The notes: generated by a model from the letters alone, not told the origin. A stretch of 64,000 nt of DNA from an uncultured bacterium (GCA_965552055.1 CBEVQO010000002.1:352001-416000); one strand, 5' to 3'. Shown: positions 19,948 to 30,143, counted from the stretch's first letter. Numbers and translations are program-made.

Positions 19948-20950
19948 AGAAGCACTATATTATGATAAACTTGATTCAAAATTACGATGCAAAATTTGTG
20001 CAAGATATTGTGTGATAGATGAAGGCAAATATGGTTTTTGCACTGCAAGGAAGAACGAAAATGGCAAACTTTATCTTCTGAATTATGGCTTGGTATCCGC
20101 TATTCATCTTGCTCCATCCGAGCTAAAGCCGATTTTCCATTTCAAACCCGGAAAGATATGGCTATCTGTAGGAACTTATGGCTGTAATTTCAGATGCAGG
20201 GGTTGTCAAAACTGGGATATTGCGCATTTTAGATTCAGTAAAGAGAAGCCACTTGGCGAAATAATAATGCCCGAAGAACTTGTTGATATAGCGATAAAGG
20301 AAAATTGCACAGGTTTATCTTTTACCTACAATGAACCAACGGTCTGGTATGAATACACACTCGATTGCATGGAACTCGCAAAAGAAAGGGGTCTTCATAC
20401 AAATTATGTTACAAACGGTTTTATGACACCTGAGGTTTTGAAATCTTTAAAAGGATTACTTGATGTCTTCCGTGTTGATATAAAGGGTAAGGAGAAATTC
20501 TATTCAAAATTGTGTCATTTAAAAAATTATGATGTCGTTTATAAAAATGCTATTCTTGCGAAAGAACTCGGGATGCATGTCGAAGTTGTAACGAATATTA
20601 CTCCGGGGTATAACGATGATACCGATACTTTACGCTATATAGCGCGCTTTATAAAAAATGAATTGGGAGAGGACACTCCATGGCACTGCACACGCTTTGT
20701 GCCTCATCTTTATCTCTCACATCTGCCAGCTACTCCCGTAGAAACACTTGAAAAAGCATACAAAATAGGAAAAGAAGAAGGACTTAAATTTGTATATCTT
20801 GGAAATGTACCGGGACACCCATGGGAAAACACCTATTGCCCTGCCTGTGAAAAATTACTCATAAAAAGATTTAATTTTAGAATCCTTGAATATAATATAG
20901 AAAATGGGCGATGTAAATTCTGTGGAGAAAAAATACCTGTGTATGAATAG
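19922..20950 (+). CDS. amrS: AmmeMemoRadiSam system radical SAM enzyme
   Basis: CKICARYC...GFC, GCNFRCRGCQNW, FTYNEP, YLGNV and ENTYCPAC. Confidence 0.88.
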   Translation: MVQKLLQYKEALYYDKLDSKLRCKICARYCVIDEGKYGFCTARKNENGKLYLLNYGLVSAIHLAPSELKPIFHFKPGKIWLSVGTYGCNFRCRGCQNWDIAHFRFSKEKPLGEIIMPEELVDIAIKENCTGLSFTYNEPTVWYEYTLDCMELAKERGLHTNYVTNGFMTPEVLKSLKGLLDVFRVDIKGKEKFYSKLCHLKNYDVVYKNAILAKELGMHVEVVTNITPGYNDDTDTLRYIARFIKNELGEDTPWHCTRFVPHLYLSHLPATPVETLEKAYKIGKEEGLKFVYLGNVPGHPWENTYCPACEKLLIKRFNFRILEYNIENGRCKFCGEKIPVYE

Positions 20951-20984
20951 GGTTGACAGTAACAAAATATCTTTAAAATAAATG

Positions 20985-21749
20985 ATGAACGCAGAAGAAA
21001 AATTCTGGGAGGCGTTGAGGAGATTATCGGAAGAAATCGATAGATTAAGAGAATCGCAAAAGAAAACAGATGAGCAGTTGAGAAAAACTGACGAACAGCT
21101 GAGGAGCACAGACGAGAAGATAGACAAACTGCGAGAAAGACAGGAGAAGACGGATGAACAGTTAAGGGATACAGACAGAAAGATTGAAAAATTACGAGAA
21201 AGGCAGGAGAAAACGGATGAACAGTTAAGGAAAACGGACGAACAATTGAGGAAAACTGACGAAGGGATGAAAGAATTACAAAGGCTCATTAAGGATTTAT
21301 CAAACAATGTAGGTGGTCTTAATCGCTCGTTTGGCAAGATACCCGAAGCATTGAGCGAGCCACAGGTTGAAGAAAAGTTTGAAGAAGCAGGATTTAGGGT
21401 GCTTGGTGCATATCCCAATATATGGGGCAAATACAACGATAAGAAAAAAGAGATTGACCTCCTGATAAAGGCAAAGCGTAAGGGTAAATCTTATATAATC
21501 GTGGTTGAAACCCAGGTGCAGTTCAGAGCCAAAAAGGAAATAGATGATTTTATCGGATTTTTGAAAAAAGATTTCAGGAAATATTTTGACGAATATGCAG
21601 GGATGAAAGTAATAGGTTGCGTCTGTGCACTTAAATTTAGCAGAGGAGTTGATGAATATGCGATGGAGAAAGGTTTATACTGCATGAAGCCAGTAAAAGG
21701 CATAATGGGATTGATAAATCCAAAAAACTTCAAACCTGAAGAATTTTGA
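20985..21749 (+). CDS. Coiled-coil heptad-repeat protein with C-terminal PD-(D/E)XK-like domain, copy 1
   Basis: KTDEQLR heptads, then EIDLL...IVVETQ; promoter TTGACA 20953, TAAAAT 20974, ATG 20985. Confidence 0.8.
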   Translation: MNAEEKFWEALRRLSEEIDRLRESQKKTDEQLRKTDEQLRSTDEKIDKLRERQEKTDEQLRDTDRKIEKLRERQEKTDEQLRKTDEQLRKTDEGMKELQRLIKDLSNNVGGLNRSFGKIPEALSEPQVEEKFEEAGFRVLGAYPNIWGKYNDKKKEIDLLIKAKRKGKSYIIVVETQVQFRAKKEIDDFIGFLKKDFRKYFDEYAGMKVIGCVCALKFSRGVDEYAMEKGLYCMKPVKGIMGLINPKNFKPEEF

Positions 21750-21751
21750 AA

Positions 21752-22390
21752 ATGAATGCAGAGGAGAAATTCTGGGAGGCGTTGAGAAGATTGATAGAGA
21801 GACAGGAGCAGTCAGAAAGGGAGACCCGAGCTCTCCGTGAAAGCATAGACAAACTGCGAGAAAGGCAGGAGAAGACAGATGAACAATTAAGGAAAACGGA
21901 TGAAGGGATGAAAGAATTACAAAGGTTAATTAAGGATTTATCAAACAATGTAGGTGGTCTTAATCGCTCGTTTGGCAAGATACCCGAAGCATTGAGCGAG
22001 CCACAGGTTGAAGAAAAGTTTGAAGAAGCAGGATTTAGGGTGCTTGGTGCATATCCCAATATATGGGGCAAATACAACGATAAGAAAAAAGAGATTGACC
22101 TCCTGATAAAGGCAAAGCGTAAGGGTAAATCTTATATAATCGTGGTTGAAACCCAGGTGCAGTTCAGAGCCAAAAAGGAAATAGATGATTTTATCGGATT
22201 TTTGAAAAAAGATTTCAGGAAATATTTTGACGAATATGCAGGGATGAAAGTAATAGGTTGCGTCTGTGCACTTAAATTTAGCAGAGGAGTTGATGAATAT
22301 GCGATGGAGAAAGGTTTATACTGCATGAAGCCAGTAAAAGGCATAATGGGATTGATAAATCCAAAAAACTTCAAACCTGAGGAATTTTGA
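21752..22390 (+). CDS. Coiled-coil/PD-(D/E)XK-like protein, copy 2 (shortest coil)
   Basis: Paralog of copy 1; ATG 2 nt after the previous TGA. Confidence 0.8.
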   Translation: MNAEEKFWEALRRLIERQEQSERETRALRESIDKLRERQEKTDEQLRKTDEGMKELQRLIKDLSNNVGGLNRSFGKIPEALSEPQVEEKFEEAGFRVLGAYPNIWGKYNDKKKEIDLLIKAKRKGKSYIIVVETQVQFRAKKEIDDFIGFLKKDFRKYFDEYAGMKVIGCVCALKFSRGVDEYAMEKGLYCMKPVKGIMGLINPKNFKPEEF

Positions 22391-22392
22391 AA

Positions 22393-23127
22393 ATGAATGC
22401 AGAAGGAAAATTCTGGGAGGCGTTGAGGAGATTATCGGAAGAAATCGATAGATTAAGAGAATCGCAAAAGAAAACAGATGAGCAATTAAGGAAAACGGAT
22501 GAGGAACTGAGGAAAGCATGGGAGCAAGCGGAAAAAGAAATGAGAGAATTGCGAGAAAGACAGGAGAAGACGGATGAACAGTTAAGGAAAACGGATGAAC
22601 AGTTAAGGAAAACGGACGAACAATTGAGGAAAACAGATGAAGGGATGAAAGAATTACAAAGGCTCATTAAGGATTTATCGAACAATGTAGGTGGTCTTAA
22701 TCGCTCGTTTGGCAAGATACCCGAAGCATTGAGCGAGCCACAGGTTGAAGAAAAGTTTGAAGAAGCAGGATTTAGGGTGCTTGGTGCATATCCCAATATA
22801 TGGGGCAAATACAACGATAAGAAAAAAGAGATTGACCTCCTGATAAAGGCAAAGCGTAAGGGTAAATCTTATATAATCGTGGTTGAAACCCAGGTGCAGT
22901 TCAGAGCCAAAAAGGAAATAGATGATTTTATCGGATTTTTGAAAAAAGATTTCAGGAAATATTTTGACGAATATGCAGGGATGAAAGTAATAGGTTGCGT
23001 CTGTGCACTTAAATTTAGCAGAGGAGTTGATGAATATGCAATTGAGAAAGGTTTATACTGCATGAAACCAGTAAAAGGCATAATGGGATTGATAAATCCA
23101 AAAAACTTTAAACCCGAGGAATTTTGA
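22393..23127 (+). CDS. Coiled-coil/PD-(D/E)XK-like protein, copy 3
   Basis: Paralog of copies 1 and 2; one M-to-I change near the C-terminus. Confidence 0.8.
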   Translation: MNAEGKFWEALRRLSEEIDRLRESQKKTDEQLRKTDEELRKAWEQAEKEMRELRERQEKTDEQLRKTDEQLRKTDEQLRKTDEGMKELQRLIKDLSNNVGGLNRSFGKIPEALSEPQVEEKFEEAGFRVLGAYPNIWGKYNDKKKEIDLLIKAKRKGKSYIIVVETQVQFRAKKEIDDFIGFLKKDFRKYFDEYAGMKVIGCVCALKFSRGVDEYAIEKGLYCMKPVKGIMGLINPKNFKPEEF

Positions 23128-23207
23128 TAATGAAAGTTGACAAATGGAACAATTCGGTTATAATAAAATGAGGATATTATGACAAAAATTTTGCTAAATA
23201 AAAAACG

Positions 23208-23969
23208 ATGAGGGCTATCTGGAAAGGTTCATTGTCTTTTGCACTTGTAAATTTCCCGATAAAACTTTTCAATGCAGTATCATCTAAAACTTTAAAATTC
23301 CACAGCTTATGTCCCGATTGTCATAATCAGATAAAATACAAAAAATGGTGCCCCTATTGTGAGAAAGAAGTGCAAAAACCTTTAAAGGGATACAAAGTTG
23401 GTAATGAATTTGTTATCCTTGATGATGCTGATTTTGAAAGAGTAAAAATTAAATCAACAAAGGTAATAGAGATTCAAAAATTTGTAGATGCTGACAAAAT
23501 ACCCGAAATCATGCATTCAAATACTTATTATATTGCACCAGAAACAGGTGCTGAAAAAATCTATGTTTTACTTAGAGAAGTATTACAAAGAACAGGCAAA
23601 GTTGGTATCGGCAAATTTGTGCTTCACAACCGCGAACATGTGGTAAAACTCGCTACTTATGAATCTGCACTGCTACTTCATACCTTATTTTACAAAACAG
23701 AAATAAGACAAATACCGGAAATTCCAAACTTGATTCAAAATATAAAACTCAATGAAGAAGAAATAAAACTGTGTGAAGAAATAATAAACAGGATGTCTGT
23801 ATCTGAAATAGATTTTGGCGAATATACCGACAAATATACAGAAGGTTTGCAGAAAATAATCGAAGCGAAATTGCAGGGCAAAGTTATAACCATTGAAGAA
23901 AAAGTAGAGCAACCAAAAGAAAGTTTAATGGATGCCCTTCGTGCATCACTTGAAGCCCTTTCCAGATGA
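23208..23969 (+). CDS. ku: Ku protein (non-homologous end joining)
   Basis: MRAIWKGSLSFALVNFPIKLF, YYIAP and LMDALRASL. Confidence 0.95.
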   Translation: MRAIWKGSLSFALVNFPIKLFNAVSSKTLKFHSLCPDCHNQIKYKKWCPYCEKEVQKPLKGYKVGNEFVILDDADFERVKIKSTKVIEIQKFVDADKIPEIMHSNTYYIAPETGAEKIYVLLREVLQRTGKVGIGKFVLHNREHVVKLATYESALLLHTLFYKTEIRQIPEIPNLIQNIKLNEEEIKLCEEIINRMSVSEIDFGEYTDKYTEGLQKIIEAKLQGKVITIEEKVEQPKESLMDALRASLEALSR

Positions 23970-24886
23970 AATACTATAAACCAATGCTTGCATATCCAGG
24001 GGATACAAAAATATTTGAAACAAAAGATTTTATATATGAACCGAAACTCGATGGCACACGAGCAATTTGCTATATTGAAGATGGAAGGGTAAAAATCTTC
24101 AACAGAAGGGATTATGAAATTTCTGCAAGGTATCCCGAAATCGTTGAAAATTTGAAAAAATTAAAGGTTAAAAATTGTGTGCTCGATGGAGAGATTGTTG
24201 TGCTTACAAATAATCTTCCAGATTTCTATAAATTACAGGAAAGGGAACACATTGAAGATGAATTCAAAGCAAAATTGCTTGCAAAAAAGTATCCTGCCAC
24301 ACTTTTTGTTTTCGATATAATTTACCTTAACGATGAAGAACTCATTTTATTACCTTTAATTGAGAGGAAAAAAATTTTGGATGATACAGTGAAAAAAGAC
24401 GAACATATAGACCTTTGTATTTTCACAGAAGATGGCAAAAGATTATTTGAACTGACCAGAAAGATGGGTTTAGAGGGTATAATGGCGAAGTTAAAGCGCG
24501 GTTTGTATTATCCCGGAAAAAGGGTTAAAGAATGGCTTAAGTTAAAGCATTTCCAAACGATGGATTGTGTAATCTGTGGCTATACAAAAGGCAAGGGCAA
24601 GCGCGAAGGAGTATTTGGTGCGCTTGTACTTGGCACATTTGAAAATGGTAAATTAATCTGTCGTGGCAAAGTTGGCACAGGCTGGTCTAATGACTTTGCG
24701 AAATGGCTTAAAAATCAGCTTGATAAAATAAAAGTTGATAAGCCACATTTTGATTTCCCTGAAGAAGTCGTATGGGTGAAACCAGTTTACCTCTGTGAAG
24801 TGCAATTTATGGAGATAACAGAAGATGGCAAATTAAGAGCTCCCTCATTCAAAAGATTGCGATTTGATAAAAAACAACTTGAGTAA
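23966..24886 (+). CDS. ligD: ATP-dependent DNA ligase, LigD ligase domain only
   Basis: KPMLA, EPKLDG, LDGEIV, VFDI, EGIMAK, WLKLK, GKVGTG and LRAPSF; ATGA-coupled to ku. Confidence 0.9.
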   Translation: MKYYKPMLAYPGDTKIFETKDFIYEPKLDGTRAICYIEDGRVKIFNRRDYEISARYPEIVENLKKLKVKNCVLDGEIVVLTNNLPDFYKLQEREHIEDEFKAKLLAKKYPATLFVFDIIYLNDEELILLPLIERKKILDDTVKKDEHIDLCIFTEDGKRLFELTRKMGLEGIMAKLKRGLYYPGKRVKEWLKLKHFQTMDCVICGYTKGKGKREGVFGALVLGTFENGKLICRGKVGTGWSNDFAKWLKNQLDKIKVDKPHFDFPEEVVWVKPVYLCEVQFMEITEDGKLRAPSFKRLRFDKKQLE

Positions 24887-24901
24887 TAAGAGGTTAATCT
24901 C

Positions 24902-25966
24902 TTATTGTTTTTTACGAAATCTAAGAAAGATTTTTCGACTCTCGTTTTTTGTGTTCACTAATATCACATATACTTTTTTATTTTCACTTATTTTAAAAGT
25001 AAACTCATGAGATACCGCAGGTCCAAAATCATACAAAGTTTCACACTCTCTCCCTGCTTTCCATTTGAAATAATTAAGTTCGTCTAATAAACCGACTGCT
25101 TCTAAAGATCCACCTTTAACAACAATAAATTGCCCTTCGTATTCCCCGGGAGGAATGTGAAGCATAAGAGGAGTAAAAGTAACAAATTCATCAAAAAGTC
25201 CGCATCCTTTAATTTGACAAACACATTGAAATTCTTCTCTATCACTAAAATTAACCTCGAATTCTGAAGTTTTAATAACAGGAAAAGAAGCATATTTTAT
25301 TAAATTATCCACTATTTCTTGCGCTTTCCGCCTATTTTTATAATCCCCTTTCTCTTGTAAAACTTGAATAATTTTAATGATACCTTTTATCCATTGATTT
25401 AATATCTCTTTATTTTGCGACATTTCTTTATAACCCCACACTAACGGGTTAAATTCAGGCAGAGTAAAATCTAAGACATAAGGGAATTTTTGTTTCTCTT
25501 CTTCTGGCAAAAGTCTCTCGATATCTTCTAGTTTACTTCCTAGCACATTACACAACCACTCTAATGGTGTAAGTAAAACATCACATGAAATAATAATCTC
25601 TTCTCGTCCATCATCGTCTAAATCTTGTAAAGATAATCTACTATTAGTAAAATGCGACAACTTATACTCTCCTACAACAGGTTTTTCTTTTGGACCCCAA
25701 TAAATTAGATAAAAACCGGATAATAAATTATTCTCTTGGATTTTTTTAATAAGAACAATGTCTAAGGAAGGCCATTTCAGTGTCTGCCATCGGCAATTAG
25801 TAAAGTCCGTATTTATTTCTTCCATTAATATTATTTTCCCATTATCGTCACGAATTATTAAAGTCTTTTGTGATATTTCAATTTGCTCCTTTTTTCTGTC
25901 TCCGTCTAAATCCGCATAATAATTTGTCACCCCTATTATAAACATTAAACATAAAAATTTCTCCAT
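24902..25966 (-). CDS. Hypothetical exported protein with two DxDGD-like motifs
   Basis: AAGGAGG ribosome-binding site, signal-like N-terminus, ADLDGDRKKE and QDLDDDGREE. Confidence 0.65.
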   Translation of the reverse strand: MEKFLCLMFIIGVTNYYADLDGDRKKEQIEISQKTLIIRDDNGKIILMEEINTDFTNCRWQTLKWPSLDIVLIKKIQENNLLSGFYLIYWGPKEKPVVGEYKLSHFTNSRLSLQDLDDDGREEIIISCDVLLTPLEWLCNVLGSKLEDIERLLPEEEKQKFPYVLDFTLPEFNPLVWGYKEMSQNKEILNQWIKGIIKIIQVLQEKGDYKNRRKAQEIVDNLIKYASFPVIKTSEFEVNFSDREEFQCVCQIKGCGLFDEFVTFTPLMLHIPPGEYEGQFIVVKGGSLEAVGLLDELNYFKWKAGRECETLYDFGPAVSHEFTFKISENKKVYVILVNTKNESRKIFLRFRKKQ

Positions 25967-25988
25967 TTACCCTCCTTATTTTTATGAG

Positions 25989-26007
25989 GGGGAGGTGAGC
26001 CCTCCCC
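25989..26007. terminator. GC-rich hairpin downstream of the glutamate-synthase-family gene
   Basis: GGGGAGG-tgagc-CCTCCCC with a 7-bp stem; no clear U-tract on the minus strand, so it may be a stability hairpin instead. Confidence 0.4.
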
Positions 26008-26023
26008 TATAAAGTTTTTATTC

Positions 26024-27604
26024 TTAACTTTCGAGTATCTTCTCTGCCTCTTCTTTATCGGCTTCCATTATGTAAGCGATACCCGATATTTCTGCTGCTT
26101 CTTTTGTCAGAGCTGCTATGTCATCCCTTGTTATGTATTCCAATGAAAACTTGCGACTACCTGCCATTATTTGACGCAGACCCTGAGCTATCCTCTGCAT
26201 GTAAGTGTAAACTCCCAAAGCACCTGTAGGTATGCGCTCAAAATCTTTACCAAATCTTCTTCGCAGTTCAGGTGCAGTAACGAATATCTCATCAGGGGTA
26301 TTGCCAAACCTCTGAATGTAAACAGGCACCCTGCCTTCCTGGATACGCTTCCCTATGGTCTTTCCAACCATAGCAGCTGTAAGCGGAGCCCTCGCCATTC
26401 CTATAAGTTTGAAATACGGAGCGCCAAGAGCAAGTCCCTTAAATATCTGGTCTTCAAAAGCAAATCCTCCTGCTATCGCAATATCAGGGACATATTCGCC
26501 TTTCTTTGCAAGTTTATCAACATATTTATAGAGCAGAGACCACAGCTCTACACCTGGCACTCCCCATTCGTTCATCATCCTCCATGGGCTCATGCCTGTT
26601 CCTCCTCCGGCAGCATCCACAGTCAGAAGGTCAATCTTTGCGATTGATGAATATTTCACTGCTCTTGCCAGATCCTGGGGTCTGTAAGCTCCTGTTTTCA
26701 AAAACACATATTTTGCACCTGCTTTGCGTAACTCTTCTACTCTTTTGACAAAACTTTCCTCTTCAACCATAGCAACTCTCGAATGACGCTCAAACTCCCT
26801 GAAAATACCTCGCTCAAATGCTTTTATAACATCTGGGTTATAAGGGTCAGGCAGCACTATATATCCTCTGTCTTTTAGCATCTGTGCACGCTTTAAATCT
26901 TTTATCTTGACCTCACCACCAATATCCTTTGCACCCTGACCCCATTTCAATTCCACTGCTTCAACTCCGAGTTTTTCTATAACATACTCGTGCACACCCA
27001 ATTTCGTATCCTCTACATTTGCCTGAACGATAATTGCTCCATATCCATCCTGTTGCCACTCTTTATAAAGTTTAACTCGCATCTCCATATCTTTGGAATA
27101 AACCACTCTCCCGTTTTCTATTTTAGCTTCGGGGTCCATTCCGCATACATTTTCACCGATAGTAAGCGGTATGCCTGCGATTGCAGCACCAATAGCGAGA
27201 CCCTCCCAGTTGTTTTTTGCGACAGCGGTTGAACCCATCGCAGAGATAATGATGGGGAGCTTAACCTTTATTCCTTTATCGCGTCCAATCCTTCTCTCGA
27301 GATTTACATTTGGGAAGATAGCTTTATCGGGGTCGGGTTCTATTCCTTTTGCACCCACACATGTTCCGAGTATTGTGAAGTGAGATAAATCAACAGGATA
27401 TTCCTTTACACCTGCTGCAGTGATTATCCCGAAAGGCTGAGGATATATCGCTTCCGCACCCCTATAAGCAGATTTGCCTACCTCGCACATCCCTATACAG
27501 CCATCAACACAGGTAGCACATAGACCGCTTATCGGGACAACGGAGTCTTCGGTTCTATTTTTTGTTAAAGTAGCTGCTGATGCATTTAATCTCGAAAAAG
27601 ACAT
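26024..27604 (-). CDS. FMN-binding glutamate synthase family protein (stand-alone FMN domain)
   Basis: N-terminal CATCVDGCIGMC, SAMGS, ELKWGQGAK, LKTGAY, DAAGGGTG, IAGG and GMAR. Confidence 0.88.
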   Translation of the reverse strand: MSFSRLNASAATLTKNRTEDSVVPISGLCATCVDGCIGMCEVGKSAYRGAEAIYPQPFGIITAAGVKEYPVDLSHFTILGTCVGAKGIEPDPDKAIFPNVNLERRIGRDKGIKVKLPIIISAMGSTAVAKNNWEGLAIGAAIAGIPLTIGENVCGMDPEAKIENGRVVYSKDMEMRVKLYKEWQQDGYGAIIVQANVEDTKLGVHEYVIEKLGVEAVELKWGQGAKDIGGEVKIKDLKRAQMLKDRGYIVLPDPYNPDVIKAFERGIFREFERHSRVAMVEEESFVKRVEELRKAGAKYVFLKTGAYRPQDLARAVKYSSIAKIDLLTVDAAGGGTGMSPWRMMNEWGVPGVELWSLLYKYVDKLAKKGEYVPDIAIAGGFAFEDQIFKGLALGAPYFKLIGMARAPLTAAMVGKTIGKRIQEGRVPVYIQRFGNTPDEIFVTAPELRRRFGKDFERIPTGALGVYTYMQRIAQGLRQIMAGSRKFSLEYITRDDIAALTKEAAEISGIAYIMEADKEEAEKILES

Positions 27605-27605
27605 C

Positions 27606-28310
27606 TTACCCTCCTTTTTTTCTAGGTTCTTCTCTTATACATGTTCCACATTCTCCTTTTAATCCCATGTAACATTGATAATCTTCATAATAATCAATAC
27701 ATGTTGGCTGTAATGCATTATAACATCTACCACATACAACAGAAGGAGGTTCCGGACCCTCGCATCTCAACTGGCATGCAGGACAAATATAAATACAGCC
27801 ACCACATCTTCTGCAAATTTCAGATGTCTTATCAAAAGGCGTTGTTATCTTTAATTTACCTCCGCGATTTACAAAACCAATAGCCTTCGCCATCATCTGC
27901 TCTTCACATATTCTTACACAAAGTCCACAATATACACAATCTTCCCAATCGGGTTTGAACCTTGTTCTCTCGACCCCATATTTTGCTGCAAGGTCTTGTA
28001 TTTTCTTCGATGTTGGACAACTTGCAAGCAGTAATTCGATTAGTACTTTTCTCGCCCGAATAACCCTTTTTGTAGCAGTCCTTACAACAAGCCCTTCCTC
28101 AACAGGATAAGTGCAGGCAGTTACTAGCTTTGTATTCTTACCTTCGCCTATCTCAACCACACATAATCTGCAACCACCCCATGCACTAAGCCCTTCGTGA
28201 TAACAGAAAGTAGGAATCTCTATCCCCAGAAATTTCGCTGCATCAAGTATTGTCCAGCCCTCAGGGGCTTCAAAATCTATACCATCAATCCTTATTCTCG
28301 GCATATCCAC
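27606..28310 (-). CDS. NuoG/HydA N-terminal-like Fe-S protein ([2Fe-2S] plus 2x[4Fe-4S]) with no catalytic domain
   Basis: IPTFCY...GGCRLCVVE...TAC, CVYCGLCVRIC, CRRCGGCIYIC and a Cys-rich tail. Confidence 0.85.
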   Translation of the reverse strand: MDMPRIRIDGIDFEAPEGWTILDAAKFLGIEIPTFCYHEGLSAWGGCRLCVVEIGEGKNTKLVTACTYPVEEGLVVRTATKRVIRARKVLIELLLASCPTSKKIQDLAAKYGVERTRFKPDWEDCVYCGLCVRICEEQMMAKAIGFVNRGGKLKITTPFDKTSEICRRCGGCIYICPACQLRCEGPEPPSVVCGRCYNALQPTCIDYYEDYQCYMGLKGECGTCIREEPRKKGG

Positions 28311-28313
28311 CTC

Positions 28314-30143
28314 CTAAGTTATGACAACCGCATCATATTTGCACACATCATAACACATTCCGCATTTAATACATTTATCCTGTATTATGGAGTGCGGTTG
28401 TTTAGCTTCCCCTACTATCGCTTCTTGTGGACATACCTTTTTACAGGCCGAACAACCAGTACACTTGTCAGGGTCTATTGTGTATTTAATAAGTGCCTTG
28501 CATACACCCGCGGGACATTTTTTATCCCTTATGTGCGCAAGATATTCATCCCTAAAATATCTAAGAGTCGAGAGGACAGGATTCGGTGCTGTCTGCCCCA
28601 GCCCACATAAAGATGTATCCTTTACAACATTAGCCAATTCCTCCAAGGTCTCTAAATCTTCTTCTTTACCTTTACCTTCTGTTATATCTGTAATTATCTC
28701 GAGCATCTTCTGGATACCTTTTCTACAGGGCAGACATTTACCACATGACTCATCTTGTAAGAAAGTCAGGAAGTATTTTGCTACATCAACCATACAGGTG
28801 CTCTCATCCATCACAATCATCCCACCCGAGCCCATTATTGAGCCAGCCTGTGTGAGCGATTCATAATCCACTGGTAAATCCAGGAGCTCACTCGGAATAC
28901 ACCCTCCTGATGGTCCACCTGTCTGAACAGCTTTAAATTTCTTTCCGCCGGGTATTCCTCCTCCAATGTCAAATATTATCTCCCTTAAAGTTATCCCCAT
29001 AGGAACTTCAATAAGACCCGTGTTTCTAACCTTCCCAACCAGAGCAAATATTTTAGTACCTTTGCTCGTTTTTGTACCTATTTTTGAGAACCACTCTGCT
29101 CCCTTATCTATTATCTTTGGCACATTTGCCCATGTTTCAACATTGTTTATAACAGTGGGCTTGCCAAACAAACCTTTCTCAACAGGATATGGAGGTCTTT
29201 GCCTAGGAGTGCCTCTCTTACCTTCAATGGATAGCATAAGTGCTGTCTCTTCGCCACAAACAAATGCTCCTGCTCCCCTTGCTATCTTTATGTCAAAACT
29301 AAATCCCGAACCTAAAATGTTCTCTCCAAGCAATCCAGCTTCCCGTGCTTGCTCAATCGCTATTGTTACATGCTCAACCGCAAGGGGATACTCGTTTCGA
29401 ACATAAATCCAGCCCTCATTCGCACCAATCGCATAAGCACCTATTATCATCCCCTCAATTACGGAATGTGGATTCCCTTCGAGCAAACTTCTATCCATAT
29501 AAGCACCAGGGTCTCCCTCATCCGCATTACAGATTATGTATTTGATATCGCTCTTTTGCTTTCGCGCCAACTCCCATTTCCTTCCTGTGGGAAAACCAGC
29601 ACCCCCTCTTCCACGCAGTCCCGAAGCTTTTATCGTCTCGATTATCTCTTCGGGTGACATCTTCAATGCCTTTGCAAGCGATAAATAGCCTCCGCGCGCA
29701 AGATAATCCTCTATCCTCGTTGGGTCTATGAATGGATTATCACCCAAAAGTATTCTCATCTGTTTCTTATAAAAAGGAATATCCTTTTGATAGACATAGC
29801 GCTCACCTGTTACCTCATCTTTATAAAGCAATCTGTCTATTATTTCGCCTTTTAGCACTGTCTTTTCAACAATCTCTTTCGCATCTTCAGGTTTAAGATG
29901 CTGATAGAAAATTCCTTCAGGGAAGATTATCACATTTGGTTCAGCTTGACAGAAACCGTGACATCCTGTTACCTTAATGTCAATCTTCCCTTTTGCCTCT
30001 TCTTTAAAAGCTTCCACAACCTTTGTTGAACCCCTTGCGCGCCCACAAGTCCCAGACGATATTGAAATAAATCTATCCTTAGATTCGGCTCTCAACTTTG
30101 AAACTAAGGCTTCAAGTTCTTTTGAACTTTCTATTCTATTCAT
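28314..30143 (-). CDS. NuoF/HydB-like NADH-binding flavoprotein with C-terminal ferredoxin domain
   Basis: GLRGRGGAGFP, CNADEGDPG, FVCGEETAL, ESCGKCLPCR, SLCGLG, HIRDKKCPAGVC and two CxxCxxCxxxC motifs. Confidence 0.93.
   Translation of the reverse strand: MNRIESSKELEALVSKLRAESKDRFISISSGTCGRARGSTKVVEAFKEEAKGKIDIKVTGCHGFCQAEPNVIIFPEGIFYQHLKPEDAKEIVEKTVLKGEIIDRLLYKDEVTGERYVYQKDIPFYKKQMRILLGDNPFIDPTRIEDYLARGGYLSLAKALKMSPEEIIETIKASGLRGRGGAGFPTGRKWELARKQKSDIKYIICNADEGDPGAYMDRSLLEGNPHSVIEGMIIGAYAIGANEGWIYVRNEYPLAVEHVTIAIEQAREAGLLGENILGSGFSFDIKIARGAGAFVCGEETALMLSIEGKRGTPRQRPPYPVEKGLFGKPTVINNVETWANVPKIIDKGAEWFSKIGTKTSKGTKIFALVGKVRNTGLIEVPMGITLREIIFDIGGGIPGGKKFKAVQTGGPSGGCIPSELLDLPVDYESLTQAGSIMGSGGMIVMDESTCMVDVAKYFLTFLQDESCGKCLPCRKGIQKMLEIITDITEGKGKEEDLETLEELANVVKDTSLCGLGQTAPNPVLSTLRYFRDEYLAHIRDKKCPAGVCKALIKYTIDPDKCTGCSACKKVCPQEAIVGEAKQPHSIIQDKCIKCGMCYDVCKYDAVVIT

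Larger units (their letters stand above)
21261..23127 (+). repeat. Three near-identical 489-nt direct repeats (21261-21749, 21902-22390, 22639-23127), plus 21-nt heptad-coding units upstream of each
   Basis: Direct comparison shows only a few, mostly synonymous, differences. Confidence 0.95.

Noticed and set aside
21040..21260. 21-nt periodic repeats as a CRISPR array
   Set aside because: They are in-frame degenerate heptad codons with no unique spacers, and no cas genes are present.
20855..22814. Repeated antisense ORFs (MYLPHILGYAP..., MKFFGFINP...)
   Set aside because: They are shadows of the triplicated plus-strand genes and repeat only because those genes do.
21261..23127. Diversity-generating retroelement template/variable repeat pair
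   Set aside because: Differences are few, mostly synonymous and not adenine-specific, and there is no reverse transcriptase in the window.
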